Positions 1 to 16,232 of a stretch of DNA of 64,000 nt are shown piece after piece (the stretch's first letter is position 1; every line of letters starts with the position of its first letter). The DNA is from Octopus vulgaris (Eukaryota). The stretch is from positions 59,706,001 through 59,770,000 of the forward strand of contig OX597824.1 of NCBI GenBank assembly GCA_951406725.2, in the 5' to 3' direction. Both the position numbers and the translations under genes were made by a program. The notes below the pieces were generated by a model. The model was not told the DNA's origin, made no database searches, and was given only the letters and a program-made list of their open reading frames with translations.

Positions 1-101
<101 letters not shown>

Positions 102-109
102 TGGGACGA

Positions 110-334
110 TGCATCTCGGGCAGGTCCGTCTGACGGCACTTCTGTGCCTCTTGAGCTTATCTCAAACCGGCAGTGCCCAACGGTAGCAATGCCAAGCTAG
201 GTATTTCTGGAAGTTATCTATTGTCCTCGGTTCGAAAGTCCTCTTGAACAGACTGGTTATTTGGATTTCGTCAACGCCGAACGTCTCTCCAAATGTGCCA
301 TCACTAACCGTTCTTTCCCTTCACTAACCGTCTA
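110..334 (-). mobile_element. Short Tx1/L1-like LINE fragment, related to 983-1200
   Basis: Colinear, diverged match to 983-1200 (tgcatctcggg...cttcactaacc). Confidence 0.75.
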
Positions 335-2790
335 TTTCATTTATTAGCCGCAAGGGCCGACATTTATGGGACGATACAGTAGACATGAACAGTGGGGATT
401 TTACACAAAACAACGAGTACACAAATAAAACAATAACAATGATATCCAGCAAAAGAATATAACAATGAAAGATCCCCAATGGGAGGGGGGTAACCACCTA
501 GAGTTGGCCCAGGTACCCCACCAATCCTGAATCACTCGACACTTCGAGGGCATCTGGGAAGAGCACTCTTCTCCTTCTCAAATTCACTAGAATTATTAGA
601 GTAGGCCCACTCACACGTGCCATTTTCCCTACCTTCACCCACCTTTTAGCAAATGTACCGGGAGGCAGCTCTTCTATCTCCACACTCATAATCCTTTCCA
701 AATGAAATTTCAAAAAGTTCATGTGTGATTGGCCTAAGAGAAGTGTTTGTCTTCAGTCCTTTCAACCTGGTCCACCATACACCCTCTTTCGCTACTGCTA
801 TCAGACAGAGGAAAATTGCCTGCCTTTCTGGGCCGATGGAAAGCGGCGGATCGATCACCAGTATGAACTCGGCCGATAGCCGGATCCGTCCATCACGTGA
901 TAACAGCTGTTCAACATAACTCCACTAGTCAGTAATACAAGGACACTGGACGAGTGCATGCAGAAACGTTTCGTGCTCTGCGTGCATCTCGGGAAGGTCC
1001 GTCTGACAGCACTTCCGTGCCTCTAGAGTTTATCTCAAACCGGCAGTGCCCAACGGTAGCAGTGCCAAGCTAGTTATTTCTGGAAGTTATCCATTGTCCC
1101 CGGTTCGAAAGTCCTCCAGAACAGACTGGTTATTTGGATTTCGCCAACGCCTAGCGTCTCTTCAAATGCGCCATCACTCTTTCCCTTCACTAACCCTCTA
1201 TAGTGCTCAAGAGTGGATGTTTCACAGATCGCATTGCTCGCCTGGTAGAGGGTAGTGAGTGCCTGGCAACATTCCAGATGCCAGTCACCCCTCCTCGGTT
1301 TCTTCATGACCCAGAACTGCAACTCAGTCAAGGAGACGAGCTGTTGAAAAGCCTGATTAACAAACGGCGACCACACTCGTTCACCGTTTAGGCACAATAT
1401 CTGGAGATGCCACAGCCTCAACGCATGTCTGCGCATCATTAACCATAGCATGCTTAGAGGGTGTTGGCAACAGATGGGCCGCCTCACCAATGAAACCTGA
1501 CCGCTCCACATGAATTTGAAGAGGAGGCGATCTAACTTGGCGAGGCGCGATCGGAGGCAACGCACGACGGTCAAGCGGTAGTAGATGACGAACGCGATGT
1601 GCGCATTCTCCACATCCGCACGACCTTTCAGTGATATCTTCCTCCCAGCCCATTTCTGGATGAGACTGGCAACTCTATGAGTCACTTCCTTCCAATGCTT
1701 ATCCACCTGGATGTCTGGTCCGAACCAAACGCAAGCAATTTTACCGGTCCGTCCGTCCAGCACCCAACGACGCTGTTGGCCGGCATGGACTTGCCTCTCC
1801 AGGTGCCGAGTTGCAAGCCCACCGACTTTTACGGGTTAAGTTTTACTCCTGTCAACTTTTCATATTCCTCCAATGATGTGCCAACCACCTTGATTTTTGA
1901 GGTCTCCGACACCATGACGATGATGTAATCCGCATATGCCATAACAGCTCTCTTGCGTCAAACCTCTTTGCTGATACCTTGGCCAAAATCTTAAACTCTG
2001 TGTTAAGTAGAGTTGAAATTAACTAATGTGCCCCTCTTATTTTCGTCTTTCCGTATCAGCGTCACTAGACCCCGGCTCACAGAACTCGGAATACACCCGT
2101 TCTGCTGCCAGTTGCAGAAGAGCCCTTCGAGAAGATCAGAGAACAAGTCTGGCATATTTACGTAAAGTTCATAGGGCAGACCATCTAAACCTGTTGACTT
2201 GTGCCTCCTGCAACCGACAAGGGCCTTCTGAATTTCGACTGAAGTTATTTGCCTTTCATAGTACTCAGTGATGGCCGTCGAGAGACGCGGCAATCTGTCG
2301 AAGTAGGAACTAAAGTCTGCTACCATCTCCGCTCCACCACGATTACCGAGCAAAGTGCTAGCGAAATGCCTCACATATCTGCTAGAATCACTCGGCTCCT
2401 GTCTGTCTCGGTCCGTCAAAGACCGAATTTTGGTCTTGTTACCACGCTGCGGTTCCGCCACGCGGGCGCATCGAACAGCTTTGATCTCTTCGTTTCTTAG
2501 AGCACGCGCCTTAGCTCTGACAATGCAACTTTCATGTTTTGCGTTGAAGAACTAGTCTAATGCCCTTCTAGCTGCTAGCACACTATTTGTAGTGCAATAG
2601 CACTACAAATAGCCTCATCTAGTTTAGCTACTAAGCTCTCCGCTTTTCAAATTTTTCCTAACACTACTTCTTTGCTAAAACCTATCGATATTATTCCAAT
2701 CTCCCTTTTGAGAATCGCCCACCACCTGTTGTTGACGACCCTCCCTGTCAGCTTCTGCTTATCTAAACTGCTGACCCAGTTTGTGCCTTA
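335..2790 (-). mobile_element. Degenerate Tx1/L1-clade non-LTR retrotransposon (3' part of ORF2)
   Basis: Minus-strand ORF pieces: 2003-2461 (KSTGLDGLPYELY...LVTLIRK), a YADD-like motif near 1930, and 1074-1763 (W-GRKISLKGRA...FKFMWSG); AATAAA at the 3' end near 340. Many stops and frameshifts. Confidence 0.85.
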
Positions 2791-2967
2791 CGTGCTGGAA
2801 TGACATATTTAGCTCTCAGTACTTCGGTACTAGCCTACACTATTACTATCTTTTTTCTAGATAATACCGCACTGATTTGATGTCAACTTAAGTAACCTAA
2901 TTCAACTGAATCACAATTTTATATATATATCTGTAAATATAATATGTGACAATTATTCGGTAGCCAT

Positions 2968-3028
2968 GATAAAACTCCGTGTTTCGGATGTCGGGGCGGA
3001 AACCTACGCCGACATCACTTCAGTTATC
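2968..3028 (-). ncRNA. Degenerate type I hammerhead ribozyme-like motif
   Basis: Minus strand reads gataa CTGAAGT GATGTCGG...CCGACATC C GAAA CACGGAG TT ttatc. Stem I and an 8-bp stem II are present, but A9 is U and the triplet is GUU. Confidence 0.45.
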
Positions 3029-3308
3029 GGGCCATCAAAAAAGTGCTATGAAAATGACTGTTAAACAAAAAAAAATCATAGAGTGAATATCAGAGAATAT
3101 GCGTATGTGAATATACATATATATATACATATGTGTATAGGTATATATATATAGTTGGATTGCTTTTCAAGATAACGCTGGTACTAGTAAACAGGTTTGA
3201 CCTTTTCCTGACCCAAAATGTCCTTTGTCCACCATCTGATGAATCTATTTATAGAACATGACCACTCCACCGTGGTGATGGTGATAGTGAGAATAATAAT
3301 AATAATAA

Positions 3309-8073
<4,765 letters not shown>

Positions 8074-8231
8074 TTTTCTATTAAAGACACAAGACCTGAA
8101 ATTTTGGGGGAGGGGCCTAGCCAATTACACCGACCACAGTGTTTCACGTGTACTTAATCTATCGATCCCGAGAGGATGAAAGGTAAAGTCGACCACAGCG
8201 TAATTTGATCTCAGAACTTAGCGACAGGCGA

Positions 8232-8233
<2 letters not shown>
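8074..8233 (-). mobile_element. tRNA-derived SINE fragment (same family as 22842-23241)
   Basis: Reverse complement matches gttctgagttcaaatt..gtcgactttgcctttcatcct..cgggtcgat..ccccctcccccaaaatttc. Confidence 0.8.
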
Positions 8234-8355
<122 letters not shown>

Positions 8356-10035
8356 TGCGGATATAAATGTTACGGCAAAACGATCAGCCACCTTTTATAT
8401 ATGGATGACCTAAAACTATACGCTGCAAATGACAAACAGCTGGAAACACTATTAAAGACAGTTCATGGATTTACCAAAGAAATAGATATGAAATTTGGAT
8501 TAGAAAAATGCGCCAAAGTAACCATGAAAAGAGGAAAACTAGTTAAGAGTAACAACATCACACTAGAAAAAACCAATGAAATAAAAGAATTAGACCAAAG
8601 CCAAACTTACAAATACTTAGGAATCCAGGAACTAGATAAGACACAACACACACAAATGAAAGAGAAAATAAAAAAGAATATTATAGACGAGTTAGATCAA
8701 TACTAAACACAGAGCTCAATGCTAAAAACAAGATAATAGGTATCAACACTTTAGCTGTCCCAGTTATAAGTTACAGCTACAATATCCTTAACTGGACACG
8801 AAATGAACTGACCAAAATAGATAGGAAAACAAGAAATCTGACATAGAAAGACTATATATACAACGTATAGAAGGTGGTAGAGGCCTTATACAGCTGGAAA
8901 ACTACTATAAAATAACCACCATAGGACTGCAAAAATATCTACTTCAGAAGGAAGGAAAACTGATCCAGATAGCGACAAAACACGAGCAAAACAAAAAACT
9001 GTTCTCAGTATTTAAGGAAGCTGACAAATACAAACAAGAAATCATACCACCTAATAAACATGAAGAAGGAGAAGAAGATGGAGAAACAACAAAAGCTATA
9101 AAACAAATGAAATCCAAACTAAAAACAGAACAGCAACGAACCATGATAAAACGATAGCAAGAAAAGCCCCTTCATGGTAAATACTGGACTAAACTAAACG
9201 CAAAAGAAATAGACAAAGAAAAATCCCAGCAATGGTTGAGAAGCTCAGGACTCAAAGCAGAAACAGAGGGATTTTTAATTGCAGCACAAGACCAAAGCCT
9301 CCCCACCAGAAATTACCAAAAACATGTAATGAAAAGAAATATTACAAGTAACTGCAGAATATGTGGAGATGGACAAGAAACAATAAATCATATTATCTCT
9401 AGCTGCCCAGTCCTGGCTAAGAAGGAATATATTCACAGACATGACAGAGTTGGAACCTACATACATTGGAAGCTATGCCAACATTATGGAAGCTATGCCA
9501 ACATTATGGAATAACAACAGAAAAAAGATGGTATAGGCACACACCAGAAAAGGTCACAGAAAACGAGAAAGCAACCATACTCTGGGATATGCCGATACAC
9601 ACAGACAGAGAAATTAAGGCCAACAGACCAGATATAGTTGTCAGAGACCATGAAGAAAAAAATGCTTTCTAATTGATGTATCAATACCGGCAGATGACAA
9701 CGTGTCTCTAAAAGAAATGGAGAAACTCTCAAAATACAAAGACCTGGAAATAGAGGTAACTAGAATGTGGAATCTGAAAACAGAAACAATTCCTATCATA
9801 GTAGGTGCATTAGGCATGATAAAAAAATATTCAGACAAATACATAACAAAAACACCAGGACTTACAAACACATATAACATACAGAAAATTGCACTACTAG
9901 GCACTGCACACATCCTACGCAGAACACTTTCCATACAATAACCATCAGAGCATCACAACAAATCACAGCATATACCCAAGGCACACAGAGCTGCGCTCGG
10001 TAGTGAAGTGAAGGCACGCTATAAAAATAAAACTA

Positions 10036-10038
<3 letters not shown>
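8356..10038 (+). mobile_element. 5'-truncated R4/Dong LINE (second subfamily) in an (AAT)n tract
   Basis: YMDDLKL, AAQDQSLPTRNY, CRIC..ETINHIISSC, RHD, RPDIVV, KLSKYKDLE; AAT repeats on both sides. Confidence 0.92.
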
Positions 10039-10101
<63 letters not shown>

Positions 10102-10439
10102 GTTATTATTATTATTATAAACTCATACACTAGATACCGCCAAAAAGGGAAGAAAACCCCCCACAACATGTGCCATAGAAGTCTGATACCCAACACCTTG
10201 CACTGCACAAGCAACACACAGTACAAAAACTAATACAACAGAAAACTCAAATGAAACCCATAACAAAACATACTGATGCAATACAATATTCCCTAAAGAC
10301 AAAAAACATGAAGTATACATCTCACCAGCACAAAAGTAGAGCAAGTGATACAATAGAAAGTTACTTGAAACTATCAGATGTCGAATAAAAATAGTGGTGA
10401 TGATGATGGTGACGAACGTTACCTTACCTCATTTTATAA

Positions 10440-12506
10440 GAGACAAGATTTTGCGTATAAACTATGAATGTAACAGTAAAAATGAGGTTAAACCTTTAAG
10501 GGAAGGCCTCTCGCTAGGTAGTGGTTCAGTAAAGATGCAGACTGACCACAACTGTTATCCTAAGACAGCATCATCAGACAATAGAGTAAGGATGAGGAAG
10601 TGGATCAGCGAAGAAAACAGAATAGTGATGCAGTGCTACATAGAAAGTGAAACTAAAAGAAGGGGTTATAGAAAACGGATGTTAACACATTGGTTGGAGC
10701 AGGGTATGTTTATAGTGACTGAGCAGAGAATAGTATATCAAGCTAATGCTATTAGGAGAAGAAAGTGGATGACAGCATTGGAGGTAGAAGAGATCACAAG
10801 AAAACTGGAAAAATGAAAGACCAGGCAGTAGGAAAGACAAACAACAACATATAAGATACGGTTCAAGCCCAAGAAGATCCTATAAAAAATAATAATAGCT
10901 CTATCGATGAGGAAGGGACAACTGTAACCAGTGATTTAAGTGATTTAAGTGAGGAAGATCAGAAGATAAGATTTTAGATGAGTTGCAAAAGGTTATGAGT
11001 AAAGAAGAAAGAAAAAGATTACCAGCATTAAAAGGCACCAACTAAAGGAAGCTGCAAAAAATACTACGAAAGTAGATTCTTTTATCAGTAGGATAGATAC
11101 TAAAAATATAGGAGACATTAACTTATTGCTGTATGCAAGATGGGTAGTAGTTACTAGAAGATTAGATATTCCACAAAGAAAGATTAGAAAAGAGCAAACG
11201 AGAAAACGGAAACTACAAAATAAAGTGAAGACTTTAAGACAAGATCTGAGTAGAATAGAAGCCTGGAAACTGAACAAGTTAGGAAACACAAGATCTAATT
11301 CTTCTGCTGAGAAAAGATACTTAGTCAAAGAGAAAGGATTTGGGACAGTCATAGAAGAATTGAAACGGCGTATCATAGCAGTAGTAGGTAAGCTTTCCAG
11401 ATATAAGAAAAGAACAGATCAGTATCAACAGAATGGATTATTTGAGATAGACCAGTCAATCCTAATAGAGATGCAGTATGTTAAAGAAAGTAAGAGAAGT
11501 AGTGAGTGAGCCAGCTCAGTATTAAGAAAGGCAAAGGCGGCTACCATTTCAGAAATTGCAAGGAAAAAATTAATCATTTGCTCTACATGAATCTTTTTAG
11601 TAAGAATGAAAAAGAGATAGATTCCTTAATAGAGAAAAACTCTTCAGCAAAGATATAGGCAAGGAATTTGGCATAGATAAGTGTGCAATATTAGTCATGA
11701 AAAGGTAGTCAACAGTGAAGGCATCCAATTTCCAGATGGCCAGACATTAAAATCACTGAAAGAAGGAGAAACTTATAAATATCTAGAGGTATTAGAATCT
11801 AACAGAGTACTAACTATAGAAATGAAAATGAAAATTGAGAAAGAATTCATGAGAAGTGTGAGGAAGCTAATGAAGTCGAAATTAAATGGTCCGAATCTAG
11901 TGAAGGTTGAAATAGTTGGGCAGTATCATTACTTAGATAGTCAGCAACTTTTGTAGATTGAACAAAAACTGAATTAGCAAAATTAGACAGATGAGCTAGG
12001 AAAGAATTCAATATGAACGGAAAACTCCACCCAAGGACAGAAGTAGTAAGATTATACTTACGTAAAAAGGAAGGAAGAGGGTTGATATCAGTAGAGGAGT
12101 TAGCAAGAGCAAATAGTGGTAGTGAGACATGGCTATGGTTGCAGAAAGGAAGGCAGAAAAGAGAGACAGAAAGTATGTTAGTAGCAGCACAAGATCAAGC
12201 ATTAAGGACTAATTGGATAAACAGATAGACAAAAACCAAGTAGATTCCCAATGCAGGTTATGCAAATCAAAGAGGAAAATGTTACTCATATAGTAAGTGA
12301 ATATAGATGCTGATACAGAAAGAATTCAAGAAAAAATAGGACAACCTAGGAAGAGTAATCCACTATGAGTTATGTAGAAAGATAGGATTTGAACATACTG
12401 ATAAATGGTATGAACATGAACCTAGTAAAGTACTAGAAAGTAAGAAATATAAGATTGTGGGACTTTAACATTCAGACTGACAGAATAATAGAAGATAGGC
12501 CTGGTA

Positions 12507-12563
<57 letters not shown>

Positions 12564-12610
12564 AGAATAGAAGGTGCCAGATAATTGACTTTGCAATCCC
12601 ATAAATTATT
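10440..12610 (+). mobile_element. Old, internally deleted R4/Dong-like LINE (third subfamily)
   Basis: Fragments RKWISEEN..., YKYLEVLE, HPR..V.RLYL.KKEGRGL, ETESMLVAAQDQALRTN, RP.IVVV...IIDFAIP. Confidence 0.8.
12508..12562. repeat. (TAG)n microsatellite inside the Dong endonuclease motif
   Basis: Lies between AGG CCT GGT ATA (R P G I) and GAG AAT AGA AGG TGC (E N R R C). Confidence 0.95.
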
Positions 12611-13009
12611 CAGTGTCACAGAAAATAATTTACATCTTTCTGGAGTTCGAAGACACAAAGCAAAGCCATGATTAGTAATTGATAAAATACGCTTTTATGA
12701 ACTAGTTTTGTTTCAAGAAGAGTCGATAAGTAATATAATCGACAAAAACTATATCAAACAATTCATAGCAAATTTTTGGATGAGCAGTACCGTGTCAAAA
12801 CATGCACATAAAAAACATATAGCATAAAGATGATGTTAAGCAGGCAATAAAAACTAGCATTAATCAGATTAAATAACGAAAAGTATACATACATGCACAC
12901 ATGCACACACACACATGCATACATACATGCATGTATATATATATATATATATATGTCTGTATATATGCGTGTGTGTGTGTGTGTGTGTGTATACATATGT
13001 GTGTATATA

Positions 13010-13153
13010 TGTTGTGTGGACGCCCCCAGACGATGCAGTAGGCTAGCCCAATACGCAGATATAGAGGGAGAAGCCTAGACGTTAAGATTAGTAAAAGGAG
13101 AGCAGAGCAGAGTGTAGTGTTGAGTAGAAGGCATCCGAACGTGTGACATAACA
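13010..13153 (+). repeat. 5' LTR
   Basis: TG...CA ends; direct repeat of 15936-16079. Confidence 0.93.
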
Positions 13154-15935
13154 ATAGCGACGAGGATTTCGTAGCTCACACAGCCACTGTGCAGTATTGC
13201 GATATAACAGTGGCGACGAGGATTTCGAATAGTACCGAAATGGAAGAGTTACTGAAAGCAGTTGTAAAACAACAAGAGCAGCAACAGCAGCAGCAGCAAC
13301 AACTACAGAAGTTAACAGAATTGTTACTGCAGTCGAGAAATTCGACAGAATCATTTTCAGCAGATGGTGTTGCAAATTCCATAGAAGAATTTCACTACAA
13401 TCCGGATGAGGGCACTACTTTTGCTGCATATTATAGACGATACGAAGACATATTCCGAGAGGATTGCTAGGGATGGTCTAGTGAAAGAGAGGTAAGGCTC
13501 CTCTTGCGAAAGCTTGCTACTCCGGAACACGAAAGTTTTTGTAACTTTATTTTGCCGAGAAAGCCCGCGGAATTGTGTTTTGATGAAACGGTAAATATTT
13601 TGACTACTATTTTTAGCGAGAAAAGTTCGCAGTTTAACATTCGATGGAAATGTTTAAATTTAAAGAAAAACGAGTCCGATGATTTTGTAACATATGCCGG
13701 TATGGTTAATTAGGCTTGAGAAAGGTTTAAGCTGGAAGAATTACCGCCAGATATGTTCAAGTGCCTAATATTCGTTAAAGGGCTAGTGGCAACGGAAGAC
13801 GCGGAAATTAGAAAAATAATATTATTAAAACTGAATCAAGATATGAAACTAACTTTGCAGAATGTGGCTGAAGAATACCAACAAATAATAAACCTTCGAT
13901 ATGATACAAGAAAGATAAAAGACAAGAATAATAATGTACAAATGTGTACAGAAAGTATAGAAAGAAGGAAACATTTAAATTCAAAACGGTAGCTATGGTT
14001 GCGGAGATCGATATTTGAGGAAATATTGCCCCTTTGAAGAAAAACCTGTTTTAAGTGTGGTAAAATTGGACATATACTGACGAAATGCCAAACCTGTTTT
14101 AAGTGTGGTAAAATTGGACATATACAGACGAAATGCCGGTCAAAGAAAATGGTAAAACAGAAGAAAATTATACCAGACAAAAACGAACATTTGTGTTGGT
14201 AGAAATAAATGGGTTTCAGACCAAAATGCAATTAGATACCGGTTCAGACGTATCGATAATAAATACGGCAACATCGAGTAAGATAAGCAGGCCGTTGTAT
14301 AAAAAAAAACTACTAGGATAGCCTACGGTGTGTCAAGGGAACGAGTTCAATTCTTGGGCGAAATTTCACCAGAAATAAAACTTAAAAACAGGACGCGGAA
14401 ATGTAAACTAATGGTATCTAAGAATACAATGAATCTGTTCGGGGCAGATATAATGGAAGGATTCGACCTGTCGGATCTATCAATGAATACATTATGTAAC
14501 AAGGTGAACGCCTCACAGTCCGTGTCAGAGAAAGCATCGGAAAAAATGAAATTAAAATTGAAAAAGATGTACCCTGATATTTTTTCGAAAGAGCTCGGTA
14601 TGTGTAATAAAATTAAAGTAAAGTTTGAGTTGAAAGAAAATGCGGTACCGGTGTTCAAACCGAAAAGGAATGTACCTTTTGCGGCATTAAATCAAGTTGA
14701 GAAGGAATTAAAAAGATTGGAAGACATGGAAGTAATTGAAAAAGTAGACTACTCTGAGTGGGCGGCTCCTACGGTACACATAGAAAAGAAGGTCAATGAG
14801 GTAAGAGTATATGCGGACTTCTCAACTGGTCTTAATGATTGTTTAAGAAGTTACAATTATCCGCTTCCAAACCCAGAAGAAATATTTGCTAAATGCAATG
14901 GTGGGAAAATTTTTTCCATGCTGGATTTGTCAGAGGCCTACCTCCAATTACTGGTAGATGAAGAATGTGCTAAAGTATTAACAATAAATACTCATAAAGG
15001 TCTGTACCGTTTCAAAAGACTGCCATTTGGGGTAAAGGTCGCATCAGCAATATTTCAGCGAGTGATGGATACTATGCTAGCAGATTGTGAGTTCGCGGTC
15101 TCATACTTTGATGACATATTGATCAAAAGTGAATCAAAGGACCAACATATTGAACATATAGAAGAGGTTTTCAAACAAATATGTGATTACGGGTTTAAAG
15201 TAAGGGAGGATAAATGTGAATTTTTCTTGACAAAAATAAAGTACATAGGAAAGGTGATTGATGAAAAGGGACGAAAACCAGACCCTTCTAGGATCGACCC
15301 GATAAAAAAAAATGCCTGCTCCCACTAACAAAACAACACTACAAGCATTTTTAGGTTTGGTAAGTTATTACCAGTTGTACATATCTAAAATGTATGAGCT
15401 AAGTTACTAAAGAAGGACTCGAAATGGAGCTGGACAAACGAATGTCAGAAATCATTCGAGGAATTAAAAAAGTGGTTACCATCAGAGTTATCATTAACTC
15501 ATTTCTACCCAAATCTGAAAATAATTATGGCATCGGATGCCAGTGAATATGGTATGGTGCTGTGATATTGCATAAATTTAATGATGGTAAAATCAAAGCT
15601 ATTGCACATGCATCGAGAGTTCTATTACCAGCGGAAAGAAACTACAGCCAGATTGAAAAAGAGGCGTTATCATTAATCTTCGCAGTAAAAAATCCTTAAA
15701 TTCTTACATGGGAGGAAGTTTACACTGCAAACGGATGACCGACCGCTATTGTCTATTTTTGGTTCGAAAAAGGGTATCCCAACGCACTCGGCAAACCGCT
15801 TACAGCGCTGGGGGACTACTCTGTTGAAATACGATTTCCAGATGGAGTTTTTGCTATCAATGAAAATGGAACACGCATTTTCACCGAGAAAATAAAATTG
15901 ATAAATTCGGGTTTAAAAATTTCAAAAGGGGGAGA

Positions 15936-16079
15936 TGTTGTGTGGACGCCCCCAGATGATGAAGTAGGCTAGCCCAATATGTAGATATAGAGGGAGAAAC
16001 CTAGATGTCAAGAGTAGTAAAAGGAGAGTAGAGTAGAGTGTAGTTTTGAGTAGAAGGCATCCGAACGTGCGACATAATA
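15936..16079 (+). repeat. 3' LTR
   Basis: Follows the polypurine tract; about 13 substitutions versus the 5' LTR by hand count. Confidence 0.93.
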
Positions 16080-16146
<67 letters not shown>

Positions 16147-16196
16147 GAAAAAAAGTCAAGGTAGAAAATGCTAAAATAATTTTAGATAAAGCATTT

Positions 16197-16232
16197 CAGT
16201 ACCGGTTTCAGTCATTGAGACTTGTTCAACTG
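16197..16232 (-). ncRNA. Minimal hammerhead ribozyme in the Penelope 3' pseudo-LTR (core damaged, U3/C8)
   Basis: cag TTGAACA AGTC tcaat GACT GAAA CCGG TA ctg. Confidence 0.65.

Larger units (their letters stand above)
13010..16079 (+). mobile_element. Ty3/Gypsy (Mag-like) LTR retrotransposon, degenerate, integrase absent
   Basis: 144-bp LTRs at 13010-13153 and 15936-16079 (TGTTG...TAACA/TAATA). PBS TGGCGACGAGGAT; gag with CCHC; protease LDTGS; RT (RLPFG, YFDD); RNase H ([15 protein letters not shown]); PPT aaaagggggaga at 15924-15935. Confidence 0.95.
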
